From contig CAYLMU010000002.1 of the NCBI GenBank assembly GCA_964385105.1, positions 1 to 51,671 of the forward strand: a stretch of DNA of 51,671 nucleotides. The letters are read 5' to 3'. A model generated the notes under the pieces. The model worked only from the letters and a program-made list of their open reading frames with translations, was not told the origin of the DNA and did no database searches. The DNA is from an uncultured Candidatus Saccharibacteria bacterium. Its GTDB lineage: Bacteria; Patescibacteriota; WWE3; UBA101185; UBA10185. How positions within the stretch are numbered: the first letter of the stretch is position 1; the number at the start of each line of letters is the position of its first letter. Shown in pieces: positions 1 through 11,897 of this stretch. Both the position numbers and the translations under genes were made by a program.

Positions 1-3000
1 GATCAATTGCATTTAATGTAATTTGTTGATTACTTAATGTTAAGTAATCATATGCACCAGCAAGTGTTACAGCATCGTGAGTTGCACTTCCAATAGCCGC
101 GTCAAGGTCATTTAATACAGCTTGCACATTCAAACTGTTTGAATTATCAAATTCGTCAAACACACCAATTAAATATGCACCAGATGTTGTTGCACTTGCA
201 CTATCGCCAATACCAATATTGCCAACCATTAAATTACTACCTCTAATAGTTCCGTTAACATCAAGCTTGTGAGCAGGTGCAGTATTACCAATGCCAACAC
301 GACCATTTGTGCCGTCAAGGTAGAGGATTTCGGTAGCTAAATTAGAATTAAAGTATCTGAATGACTCAGATGCGCTGCCGCTATACAAATTAATTGACGT
401 GCTTTCATCCAATGTCATAGTATCTACAAAATGTTCCCAGTCAAGCGAGTCATCAGTTACGTCATTTGCAACCACATTTCCCCAGGTAAGGTTTCCGGCA
501 GTATCACTTGTCAAAACTTGTCCGGCAGAAGCTGCATTGGCAATAGGCCAGTTATATGCAACATTGTTTATTTTTGTAAGGTTTCCGCTTGAATTTACCT
601 GAAATTGCCCTGATGCCCCAACTGTTAACAATGAAGTTGCATTTGTTGTTCCTATGCCAACATTTGTTCCGTCATTAAACAAGTTCGTGTCAGTTACCCA
701 ATCATTACCGTCATATCTAAGTGTCTGCCCATCAATAGTTCCAAGAGGTAAGTTTCCTGCGCTAACGGTGTTCAAAACAGTATCGATCTCTTTTAATGCG
801 CCCTGTAAGTTTAGTGAAGTGATGTTGGTAAAGTTATCATTATAAAGTCCAACCAAATATGAACCTGAGTTAGTGGTTCCTGCCGACGTTCCAATGCCAA
901 TATTTCCAATTAATAAATCACTGCCTCTTATGGTGCCGTTAACATCCAAAGTGTAAGAAGGGGCAGATGTTCCTATTCCGAGTCTTCCGGAAGCATTGTT
1001 CCACGAAAGTAGAGAAGAATTTTGAGTAAAGTTTGTGCCATTTCCAAATACAATTCCGCCACTAACCACACTAGAATTATCCAAGTAATTTAATTCTGCG
1101 GCTGTAGCTGTTACACCGTCGAGGATGTTTAGTTCTGATGCGTCAGCTGTTACCTGTGATCCGGCTAAATATAACTGATTAGTACCAAATGACCCTGCAA
1201 CGTGTAAATTATACGAAGGAGCAGTTGTACCTATGCCAAGTCTACCTAAACTGTTATCCCAGAAAAAGTTGTTTGACCCTGTAAGTGTGTCAGAATCTGA
1301 AAAGAATGACACTTGTCCTGGTATTATAGTTCCGGTTGTATTAACTGCACCTGCACTTGATATGTCAACCCATGTTAAATTGCCTGCAGTGTCACTAGCT
1401 AATACATAATTTGAACCTGCGGCATTAGTATTTGGCCAGCTGTATGGTACATTATTAATTCTTGTTAGATTGCCTGTTGAGTTAACTCTAAACTGACTTG
1501 ATGCTCCTACTGAAAATGCTGCTTGAGGGTTTGTGTTACCTATACCGACGTTTGATCCACTTTGAAAGAGATTTGAATTTGCAATGCTTGATGATGAATC
1601 AAAGTATGGAAGATATCCTGTTGTACCTGTGTAGCTTAAATCATCACTTGCGTTTGTGTCGTAGGCAGATATGTCAAATGTTCCTGCAACTTGAAGTCTA
1701 CCTGCACTGTCTACACCAAAGTAGGGGATAGCGGTTGCACTGCCATAAGTACCTGCTGATACTGTTGTATTAGCCAGAGTTAATACACCTGTATTTGAAA
1801 GTGTTGCATCACCACTTAAACTCATAAATGTTGGTGCTGATGATGAGTTAATCACAAGTAACTGACCACCTGTACCATTAATTAAACTCACAGGTCCTGT
1901 ACCTGCACCAATCATAAGTGAATTTGCAGTAATTGAACTCAAACCTGTGCCTCCATTTGATACCGGAAGTGTGCCGGTTACGTCGGTGGCCAAATCAATA
2001 GCATTTAATGTAATCTCTTGACCATTTAAGGTTAAATAATCAAATGCCCCTGCCAATGTTACTGCAGCGTGTGTGCCGCCTACAATATTAGAAAGTTGTA
2101 TGTCAAAGTCATCCAAAACATCTTGAACGTTTAGTGAGTTTGAATAAGTAAATTCATCAAATACACCAATTAAATATGCACCTGATGTTGTTGGGGTAGC
2201 ACTATCTCCAATGCCAATGTTTCCGATTCTAATGTTACTTCCTCTAATGGTGCCGTTAACGTCTAATGCAAAACCAGGAGCCGTAGTTCCAATTCCCACA
2301 TTTCCGTTTACATACAATTTAGCTGTACCTGAGTTCTGTGCACCAATTGAGACATTATATGAAACATCATCGGGGTATAAGTTATTGCCATTAAGTGTCC
2401 ATGGTCCAGCACTTCCTGAAATATCTGCCCAACTTGCATTGCCTGAAGCATCGCTTGTTAAAACATATCCTGCTTGTGCATTGGTAGGCATTCTAAATGC
2501 TGTAGTATTTAATGTTCCGTTAATATCAACATCATAAGCTGGATTTGTAGTTCCAAAACCAATGTTATAGTTATTAAATGACGCGGTATTGGTGTCGGTA
2601 TCTATCTGAAATAAGATTGTGCCTCCGTCTTGAATAGTAAGCGCATTAGATAAACTTGTAGGTAAATCAAAGACAATTGTAGAAGAACTTGCACCACCTG
2701 CACCTATTATCAATTCATCACTGTTGGTGACCTCGATTATATTTGTGTTACCGTTGTCATATCTTAAGCCAAAATTACCTGCTCCTAAATTGATAAATAC
2801 GTCATTATCCCAACCATTTACACCGTCTCCGGTACCTAATATTGTGTTATCTCTAACAGTAAGGTTGTCATTAGATAAAGAACCTGCATCCACTGTTATT
2901 GTATGTGCAAATACATTTCCTTGGGCATCTACATAAAAGTTACTATCTCCGGGATTGTCTTTGTTTGTCGTAATGCCAAACACAATGTTATTTTGTGGTT

Positions 3001-4588
3001 GCGCCGATGCATCATAATAAATTAATGAATCTGATACAATTGACCCTATTGTATTGCTACCTAATAAAAGTTTGTTAAACAATGTCAAAGTGTTTGAAGC
3101 TGATGTGTTGCTACCAATGACTACATCGTCAGTAGCCCTTAATGTGCCGTTTATATCAAGCTTATATTGAGGTGCAGTTGTACCAATTCCGATACGTCCT
3201 GTAATTTCATCTAAAAACAATATTTCATCGTTATTGTCATTGAAAATATGTAAATTACCGTGTGCAGCACTGAGTTCTATCGTGTTTCCGCTTTCATACG
3301 CATCCTGTAAAGATATAGCTGTACCGGATATATTCACCCAACCACTCCCATCAAAAACATATACTCTGTTATCAGATGTATTATATGCAATAAACCCCTC
3401 ACCCGAACTTAAATTTGTAAAGCTATTTGATTGGGGTAATCTCAGCCCTTGTAAAGTGGATGAATTGTGTGCAATAGCTCCTAAATCAAGAAAAGTATTG
3501 TTATTAAATGACAAAGTTCCCGATGTAAATGCATCGGATGTGTCAGACCTTAAGAATTGTGTAGAATCCAGGTCATCAAGTAATCCTGCACTAAGGTCTT
3601 GAGGGCTAAGCCACACAGGTGTGTTTCCGCCAGTGGAAGTTAATATATCACCGTTATTTCCTGTTTCACCTCCGAATATTAAAGTACCTTCTATGTTAAA
3701 CGTACCTGTATAATCAATTTCATTTGCTAATTGAGTATTATTTAAGCCTGTACTTATGATATCACCTGCCAAATCCAACGCTTCTTCTAATGTAGTTTCA
3801 GTAACGTCGTCAATACCTAATAGTTGATTCATTGTTCCTACACCGGTAAAAGTTAAAGAATTTGTATTAATACCTGCTAAAAATGACGCCAGTCCGCTTA
3901 CAGTAAGAGTGTCGTCTAATGTCACAGCACTTTGGAATGTGGCTTCATCGCTAAACATTGTTCTAATGTTTATTAAAAACTCAAATTCGGCATTTTCATC
4001 TCTTCTTCCTAACACATTCCCAAAAAAGCTATTTGCGGAAGCTTGTGTAGCCGTTTTGTCATCATACGTCATGTCATTAGCCACACTCCCATTACCCGTA
4101 AATTTTCCTGCAATATCACCCAATTTATATGTGGGGGCAGTTCTGTATATTAAAACTGCTAAGCCAATTGCAAAGGTGGTACCTGCTGCTATTTTTGACC
4201 CCCTTGCTATTGGCTTAAGATACGATGCCATGTTTTTTGTAGATTTTACAGGTTGAGGTGTTGTTTTGGAAACCGCCGGCTTTACCGGGGCTACAGTTTT
4301 TTTTGTTTCGAGCAAGGTTGGTGCGGTAATTGGATCTGTATTTGGAAGCTTCTTTACTGTTTTTGCTTTGCTTTTTTCTTTTACTATTTCGTCTTTTAGC
4401 TTTAATACATCTTGTACATTAAAACTTCTGTATCCGTTGACTTGTCTAACAGATTTAATCTTTCCGTTCTGTTCAAGACGTCTTAAAGATGTAGGTGAAA
4501 TCTTCAGAATACGTGCCGCTTCTGAAACGTTTAAATAGAGAGTGTCATTTATTGAATTGTCATGTTTCTTTTTTTGGGCAGCAGGCAT
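1..4588 (-). CDS. Giant membrane-anchored surface/fibre-like protein (>1529 aa, 3' end outside window): N-terminal MerR/excisionase-type HTH, one TM segment, long Gly/Thr/Asn-rich repeat region
   Basis: Manual translation from ATG at 4588 gives MPAAQKKKHDNSINDTLYLNVSEAARILKISPTSLRRLEQNGKIKSVRQVNGYRSFNVQDVLKLK (HTH), then hydrophobic IAAGTTFAIGLAVLIY. At least 8 G[IF]GxxxP/A motifs follow (e.g. GIGTTAPQYKLDINGT). Same frame spot-checked at about 4.5 kb, 3.6 kb, 2.0 kb and the window edge; not every codon was translated. Absent from the ORF track, probably because it has no stop in the window. Confidence 0.85.
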   Translation of the reverse strand, partial: MPAAQKKKHDNSINDTLYLNVSEAARILKISPTSLRRLEQNGKIKSVRQVNGYRSFNVQDVLKLKDEIVKEKSKAKTVKKLPNTDPITAPTLLETKKTVAPVKPAVSKTTPQPVKSTKNMASYLKPIARGSKIAAGTTFAIGLAVLIYRTAPTYKLGDIAGKFTGNGSVANDMTYDDKTATQASANSFFGNVLGRRDENAEFEFLINIRTMFSDEATFQSAVTLDDTLTVSGLASFLAGINTNSLTFTGVGTMNQLLGIDDVTETTLEEALDLAGDIISTGLNNTQLANEIDYTGTFNIEGTLIFGGETGNNGDILTSTGGNTPVWLSPQDLSAGLLDDLDSTQFLRSDTSDAFTSGTLSFNNNTFLDLGAIAHNSSTLQGLRLPQSNSFTNLSSGEGFIAYNTSDNRVYVFDGSGWVNISGTAISLQDAYESGNTIELSAAHGNLHIFNDNNDEILFLDEITGRIGIGTTAPQYKLDINGTLRATDDVVIGSNTSASNTLTLFNKLLLGSNTIGSIVSDSLIYYDASAQPQNNIVFGITTNKDNPGDSNFYVDAQGNVFAHTITVDAGSLSNDNLTVRDNTILGTGDGVNGWDNDVFINLGAGNFGLRYDNGNTNIIEVTNSDELIIGAGGASSSTIVFDLPTSLSNALTIQDGGTILFQIDTDTNTASFNNYNIGFGTTNPAYDVDINGTLNTTAFRMPTNAQAGYVLTSDASGNASWADISGSAGPWTLNGNNLYPDDVSYNVSIGAQNSGTAKLYVNGNVGIGTTAPGFALDVNGTIRGSNIRIGNIGIGDSATPTTSGAYLIGVFDEFTYSNSLNVQDVLDDFDIQLSNIVGGTHAAVTLAGAFDYLTLNGQEITLNAIDLATDVTGTLPVSNGGTGLSSITANSLMIGAGTGPVSLINGTGGQLLVINSSSAPTFMSLSGDATLSNTGVLTLANTTVSAGTYGSATAIPYFGVDSAGRLQVAGTFDISAYDTNASDDLSYTGTTGYLPYFDSSSSIANSNLFQSGSNVGIGNTNPQAAFSVGASSQFRVNSTGNLTRINNVPYSWPNTNAAGSNYVLASDTAGNLTWVDISSAGAVNTTGTIIPGQVSFFSDSDTLTGSNNFFWDNSLGRLGIGTTAPSYNLHVAGSFGTNQLYLAGSQVTADASELNILDGVTATAAELNYLDNSSVVSGGIVFGNGTNFTQNSSLLSWNNASGRLGIGTSAPSYTLDVNGTIRGSDLLIGNIGIGTSAGTTNSGSYLVGLYNDNFTNITSLNLQGALKEIDTVLNTVSAGNLPLGTIDGQTLRYDGNDWVTDTNLFNDGTNVGIGTTNATSLLTVGASGQFQVNSSGNLTKINNVAYNWPIANAASAGQVLTSDTAGNLTWGNVVANDVTDDSLDWEHFVDTMTLDESTSINLYSGSASESFRYFNSNLATEILYLDGTNGRVGIGNTAPAHKLDVNGTIRGSNLMVGNIGIGDSASATTSGAYLIGVFDEFDNSNSLNVQAVLNDLDAAIGSATHDAVTLAGAYDYLTLSNQQITLNAID

Positions 4589-4816
4589 TTGATTTCTTTA
4601 TGTACTCAAAGCTTTTCAAATAGCTTTGTGATAACATTTAGTAACATTTATTTAATGATAATATGGTAATGCTGCATGTGTCAACCACTTAGTTTACCAA
4701 TTAGTGAAATGCTCGTATTTTTATACATTTTGTACAATGACAAGATGTGACGTCGTCTTTGTAAAAATGTAATTTGTCATAATCAGCATTTACTCCTATT
4801 ATAGGCAATAAGAGGA

Positions 4817-4845
4817 TTGACTACTTCGAACATTAAATGTACTCT
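4817..4845 (+). promoter_or_regulatory. Sigma70-type promoter for the F1-like operon, probably leaderless
   Basis: TTGACT(4817)-17 nt-TACTCT(4840); ATG lies 6 nt after the -10 box; no SD. Confidence 0.6.
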
Positions 4846-4851
4846 TAAAAC

Positions 4852-5643
4852 ATGGAACAACTGCCCAAAAACCATACAATTAAAATTTTTGTGTTGGTTT
4901 TGACTACTATAATTTTGTTTTTTTTGATTCACTTTCAATTTGTGGTCAATGCAATTTCAAGCGTAACGGTTATGTTTGATGTCACTGGTGACAATTTACA
5001 GTCGGGGGATATTGTAATTACTGTAGAGGGTAATTATTTAAAAAGCACGGAGGAATATTCAGGAAACTTATTAGGAGTAATAGTTGATGACCCTTCATTG
5101 GCGTTACGAGATACTACATTAGAAAATGGTACATATGTAACCACATCAGGTGAGGCTTTCGTAAACGTTTCTGCTGTAAATGGTGCAATTAATGCCGGAG
5201 ATTATATAACGACGTCAAATATTCCGGGAGTAGGCATGAAGTCTACCAAGTCAGGACAGGTGTTAGGTATAGCATTAGAAAGTTTTGAGCCGGCAGACAC
5301 AAATCAAATAGGACAAATATGGACATTTATTGATATTGGACCGGTTATTTCAGGCGACTCAATCGAACAGAATGCTTTAGAGCTTTTAAGATCGGGTATC
5401 AGTGCACCGTTTTTGACTCCTATGACTTCTTTAAGATTTCTCTTATCTTTTATAGTAATAATTGTATCTTTCTTTTTAGGTTTTGTATCATTTAGCAAAA
5501 TAACAGGCAATAGTATACAGGCCCTCGGCAGGAACCCTTTAGCTAGTAATGTCATAAAGTCATCAGTTGTCATGAATTTCTTTTTTACCATTATTGTAAT
5601 TATGGTCGGTGTAGGAGTAGCGTATTTAATTTTATCGGTATAA
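4852..5643 (+). CDS. Membrane protein: N-terminal TM/signal, soluble beta-rich domain, C-terminal two-TM hairpin resembling ATP synthase subunit c but without the ion-binding acid
   Basis: C-terminal LRFLLSFIVIIVSFFLGFVSFSKITGNSIQALGRNPLASNVIKSSVVMNFFFTIIVIMVGVGVAYLILSV. The loop ALGRNP resembles the subunit c A-x-x-R-[QN]-P loop; no D/E in the hairpin; first gene of the atp cluster. Confidence 0.7.
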   Translation: MEQLPKNHTIKIFVLVLTTIILFFLIHFQFVVNAISSVTVMFDVTGDNLQSGDIVITVEGNYLKSTEEYSGNLLGVIVDDPSLALRDTTLENGTYVTTSGEAFVNVSAVNGAINAGDYITTSNIPGVGMKSTKSGQVLGIALESFEPADTNQIGQIWTFIDIGPVISGDSIEQNALELLRSGISAPFLTPMTSLRFLLSFIVIIVSFFLGFVSFSKITGNSIQALGRNPLASNVIKSSVVMNFFFTIIVIMVGVGVAYLILSV

Positions 5644-5646
5644 AAA

Positions 5647-6354
5647 ATGACCAATTTTGATTTTAATTCAATATATATATTATTACTTAATATTTTCTTT
5701 GTCATACTATTTCTTATTTTAATTTTTTATATATTTAACACATACTTAGTACAACGTGAGGAGGAACGTAAACAAATACAAGATAAGGCATACAAGAAGG
5801 CTTTGAAAATTTTAGAAGATTCACAAGCACAAGCCTTAAGTACTATCAAAGCTTCTAATGTAAAAGCCCAAGAAATTATTAAAAATACACATGCGCTCAC
5901 AAGCGAAACTAAAGATGAGTTACACGCAAAAATAGAGGAAGAGACCAACAGACAAATAAAGGAAATTGAAAAAAGCACACATGATATGTATATGACATAC
6001 CATGCCGCCTTGCAAAAAGAGTCAGCAAGAAATTTGGGTACACTTCATAAAATGTTAAAAGATGTGGAGTCCGAAGTAGTTAATGAATTAAACGAATTCA
6101 AGAATATAGTAAAAGAAGAAACTATAAATTCAGAAAAAACAGTTCAAGAAAGGATTAATAAAGATTACGAAGATTTGCGTGCTGAGCTTGATAACTATAG
6201 AGATGAAAAATATCAAGAAATTGATAAAAACATCAACACTATTTTATTTAATGTAAGTAAATCAGTGCTTGGGGTTGCCATTGATCTTGAAATACATCAG
6301 CAACTTGTTCTTGAAAGTTTGGAAAAAGCTAAAAAGGAAGCTTTATTTGAATAA
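5647..6354 (+). CDS. F-type ATPase subunit b-like peripheral stalk (divergent)
   Basis: One N-terminal TM helix followed by a long E/K-rich coiled coil; directly upstream of delta/alpha. Confidence 0.65.
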   Translation: MTNFDFNSIYILLLNIFFVILFLILIFYIFNTYLVQREEERKQIQDKAYKKALKILEDSQAQALSTIKASNVKAQEIIKNTHALTSETKDELHAKIEEETNRQIKEIEKSTHDMYMTYHAALQKESARNLGTLHKMLKDVESEVVNELNEFKNIVKEETINSEKTVQERINKDYEDLRAELDNYRDEKYQEIDKNINTILFNVSKSVLGVAIDLEIHQQLVLESLEKAKKEALFE

Positions 6355-6818
6355 TGAAAATGAAGAGGCATCTAATAAGTACCAAAACAGAGCTTGAGAA
6401 TTTCGTGGCAAATTTGGAGAAGTTAACACTCGACATTAAAGGTATTCAATCTGAAAAACTCGAATCATATCTGGTAAAAAACTATGACAGTGAATTTATT
6501 GCTCGAGTCTCTGTAAGTTTACCAAACGGTTTAAATAAAGCAAATACTAACCTTGTGACTGATGTTGAAGAATTATTTAAGTCAACAAAAGATACCTTAG
6601 AAAATTCACTACAGGTTAAGCTAACTTTAGCATTTATCCCGGATGAAAAATTTATAAAAAGTTTGTATGAGTGGTTTGAGCAGAATACTGAGATAGAAGT
6701 GTTATTAGATATTGACACAGACAGGAGTATTATAGCCGGAGCAATCGTTAGCAGTGACGGAAAATATATGGATGATTCTGCAAGGAGTAAATTAAACAAA
6801 TATGGCAGATTTATTTAG
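6354..6818 (+). CDS. atpH: F-type ATPase subunit delta-like (divergent)
   Basis: C-terminal IDTDRSIIAGAIVSSDGKYMDDSARSKL matches the delta/OSCP C-terminal pattern; between b-like and alpha. Confidence 0.65.
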   Translation: MKMKRHLISTKTELENFVANLEKLTLDIKGIQSEKLESYLVKNYDSEFIARVSVSLPNGLNKANTNLVTDVEELFKSTKDTLENSLQVKLTLAFIPDEKFIKSLYEWFEQNTEIEVLLDIDTDRSIIAGAIVSSDGKYMDDSARSKLNKYGRFI

Positions 6819-8262
6819 CAATTATTTAGAAAATACTAATGAAATCGGGTATGTAGAATCTACGTCAATGCCTTTAGTATACATAAAAGGTTTACCCGGA
6901 ATTAAACCCAAAGAAAAAGTGGTTTTTGAAAAAGATTATGTCGGTCAAGTACTCTCCATAAGTGAAGAAGTTGTTGAAGTTATAGTTTTCACAAAAGATG
7001 TCATAACAGTGGGAACCAAAGTAGTGCGTACAGACAAAAAAATTGAGATACCAATTGGCGACTCATTAATAGGAATGGTTTTAGATCCATTTGGAAGGTC
7101 TGTTTACAAATCTCAACCTCGTAGCTTTACTGATGCGCAATTATATGAAATAGATTCACCGGCACTTGGAATTGATAAGAGAAAGAATATAAAAGTTCCA
7201 TTTTTAACAGGAGTGACAATAGTTGATTTAATGATTCCACTTGGAAAAGGTCAAAGAGAAATAGTAATTGGCGATAAGAAAACAGGTAAATCAGCATTTG
7301 TTTTACAAACTATATTAACCCAAGCCCGTCAGGGAACTATATGTATATATGCAGGTATAGGTAAAAAGAAACAAGAAATCAAAGAAGTTCATGAGTTCTT
7401 TTCATCAAATGGCATAACAGATAACACAATAATCATAGCAGCAGGTGCGGATGACCCACTGGGAGTTATTTATTTGACCCCCTATTCAGCAATGAGGGTG
7501 GCTGAGTATTATCGTGATAAAGGAAAAGATGTGTTAATTATACTTGATGATATGACAACACATGCAAAGTTTTACCGGGAGATTTCTTTGTTAGCTAACA
7601 GATTTCCCGGACGAGAGTCTTACCCCGCCGATATATTCTATATTCATTCTCATTTGCTTGAACGTGCAGGTTCTTTTGAACAGGGAACAATTACATGTTT
7701 ACCGGTTGTCAACACCATTGAGGGGGATTTGTCAGGATATATTCAAACTAATCTTATGTCAATGACTGACGGACATTTATTTTTTGATAAAGAGTTGTTT
7801 TATGGAGGCCAGCGTCCTGCGGTGAATTATTTTTATTCCGTAACTAGAGTAGGCAGACAAACCCAGTCAGGTTTGCGTTGGACAATTAACAGGGAATTAA
7901 GCAGTTTCTTTACATTATTTAAAAAGACGGAAAATTTTGTTCATTTTGGAGCAGAAATTAATGAGGGTATAAAATCCACTTTAGCTTTGGGTGAAAAATT
8001 GAATTATTTAATGAGTCAAAAACCCGGTACAAGTATTGAACTCAATTTACAAATCTTTTTATTTTCTTTAATGTGGAGTGGTATATGGAATGATTTAAAA
8101 GGTCAGGATTTCATATCAATTGTACAAAAAGTAATGAAAAATTATGAAGAAAAACCTGAATTTAGAGATGAAATCAGGTTACTAATTGAGAGTTCCAATG
8201 ATTTTAATCAGTTGTTAGCAAGTCTTATGAAAAATCTTAATAAGTTTCAACAGTACATGTAA
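6802..8262 (+). CDS. atpA: F1 ATPase subunit alpha
   Basis: GVTIVDLMIPLGKGQREIVIGDKKTGKS, RFPGRESYPADIFYIHSHLLERAG, YIQTNLMSMTDG, SVTRVG. Confidence 0.95.
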   Translation: MADLFSNYLENTNEIGYVESTSMPLVYIKGLPGIKPKEKVVFEKDYVGQVLSISEEVVEVIVFTKDVITVGTKVVRTDKKIEIPIGDSLIGMVLDPFGRSVYKSQPRSFTDAQLYEIDSPALGIDKRKNIKVPFLTGVTIVDLMIPLGKGQREIVIGDKKTGKSAFVLQTILTQARQGTICIYAGIGKKKQEIKEVHEFFSSNGITDNTIIIAAGADDPLGVIYLTPYSAMRVAEYYRDKGKDVLIILDDMTTHAKFYREISLLANRFPGRESYPADIFYIHSHLLERAGSFEQGTITCLPVVNTIEGDLSGYIQTNLMSMTDGHLFFDKELFYGGQRPAVNYFYSVTRVGRQTQSGLRWTINRELSSFFTLFKKTENFVHFGAEINEGIKSTLALGEKLNYLMSQKPGTSIELNLQIFLFSLMWSGIWNDLKGQDFISIVQKVMKNYEEKPEFRDEIRLLIESSNDFNQLLASLMKNLNKFQQYM

Positions 8263-8271
8263 AGATAAAAT

Positions 8272-10493
<2,222 letters not shown>

Positions 10494-10519
10494 CAATTTA
10501 TGAAATATATTATCATATT

Positions 10520-10750
10520 ATGAGAATTGTGATATTAAGTAAAGAAAAAGTATTATATGACGGTTATGTAAAAACTGTGACATCGCATAATGATGTAGGA
10601 ACATTTGATATACTAGAAAATCATGCCAATTTCATAACAATGCTCAAAGATGAAGTTTTGCTTGACAAAGGTACTCAAAAGGAGAAAAGATTTGACGTAA
10701 AAGAAGGTGTTTTATCAGTTGCAGACGATCGGGTAGAAATATTTCTGTGA
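10520..10750 (+). CDS. atpC: F1 ATPase subunit epsilon, N-terminal beta-sandwich only (76 aa)
   Basis: GTFDILENHANFITML resembles the epsilon GxxGILxxHxxxIT motif; last gene of cluster. Confidence 0.85.
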   Translation: MRIVILSKEKVLYDGYVKTVTSHNDVGTFDILENHANFITMLKDEVLLDKGTQKEKRFDVKEGVLSVADDRVEIFL

Positions 10751-10766
10751 AACAGTAAAAGATTAT

Positions 10767-11414
10767 TTATAACTCAACCTTATATGACGGGCTCATAGAA
10801 CCACTGACAAAGACTGATTTTATGTAACCTTGTGGTTTAGCTTTTTGAGGTCTGTTTTGTCTCAAAGTGTTAATCAATTCGTTAAAGTTTTCAACCAACA
10901 TACTGTTATCAAAACTTTTCTTTCCAATTATTGTATGAACAATAGGTGCATTTGCTTCATTTCGAATTTCCATGCGGCCTCTTTTTATTTGATTCACTGC
11001 TGAATCAACATCATCAGAAACAGTACCGGTTTTAGGATTTGGCATCAAACCTTGTGGGCCAAGCACCTTACCTAATTTGGCAATCTTTGGCATGTATTGA
11101 GGTTCTACAACCAATACGTCAAAATCGACACCGGGCTTTATTTCACCCTTCATTATTTTATCAATATCGCTATCTTTAAATTCTATATCAGCACCTTCAA
11201 CTTTTTTAGATGCAAATACTGCAACCCTTTTTTCTTTTCCTGTACCGTGGGGTAGAGTAGTAGTGGTTCTAATATTTTGTTCAGGTTTTTTGTGGTCAAT
11301 ACCTAAATTTATATGTGCTTCAATGCTTGAATCAAATTTAGCTTTGTCGTTGGATTTTATATTTTTTATTGCTTCTTCAATTGTGTATGTCTTTACATCT
11401 GTCATATTTGCCAT
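10767..11414 (-). CDS. rplA: 50S ribosomal protein L1
   Basis: AKFDSSIEAHINLGID, LPHGTGK, LGKVLGPQGLMPNPKTGTV. Confidence 0.97.
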   Translation of the reverse strand: MANMTDVKTYTIEEAIKNIKSNDKAKFDSSIEAHINLGIDHKKPEQNIRTTTTLPHGTGKEKRVAVFASKKVEGADIEFKDSDIDKIMKGEIKPGVDFDVLVVEPQYMPKIAKLGKVLGPQGLMPNPKTGTVSDDVDSAVNQIKRGRMEIRNEANAPIVHTIIGKKSFDNSMLVENFNELINTLRQNRPQKAKPQGYIKSVFVSGSMSPSYKVEL

Positions 11415-11424
11415 AAAATTTTAA

Positions 11425-11868
11425 TTACTCAATTTCAACTCCCATTGACTTAGCAGTTCCCTCAATAACTTTCATAGCCTCTTCTAAATTGTTCGTATTT
11501 AAATCTGCCATTTTAATTTTTGCAATTTCTTCAGCTTTTTCTCGTGAAAGTTTTCCGATTTTGTTTTTGTTTGGCAAGCTTGAACCTTTATCTACCTTAA
11601 GTGCTTTTTTTATTAAACCGGTTGTTACAGGAGTTTTAGTTATAAAAGTAAAAGATCTATCTTCATAAACTGTAATTACTACAGGTATCAAATCATCTCC
11701 CATGTTTGCAGTTCTGGCATTAAATTCTTTACAAAAATCCATCAAAGGCACACCGTGCTGACCTAATGCCGGACCTATTGGAGGTGCAGGCGTAGCTTTT
11801 CCTGCCGGAACGTTTAATTTAATATATGTTTTTATTTTTTTACCTTTTTTCTTTTTTACTTCTGCCAT
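11425..11868 (-). CDS. rplK: 50S ribosomal protein L11
   Basis: [39 protein letters not shown]. Confidence 0.98.
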   Translation of the reverse strand: MAEVKKKKGKKIKTYIKLNVPAGKATPAPPIGPALGQHGVPLMDFCKEFNARTANMGDDLIPVVITVYEDRSFTFITKTPVTTGLIKKALKVDKGSSLPNKNKIGKLSREKAEEIAKIKMADLNTNNLEEAMKVIEGTAKSMGVEIE

Positions 11869-11897
11869 AAATTCCTTTCTTCAACTCTGCCATTAAG

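Noticed and set aside
399-4538. Nine + strand ORFs in the track over the first 4.5 kb
   Set aside because: Antisense shadows of the giant - strand gene, which carries the meaningful motifs
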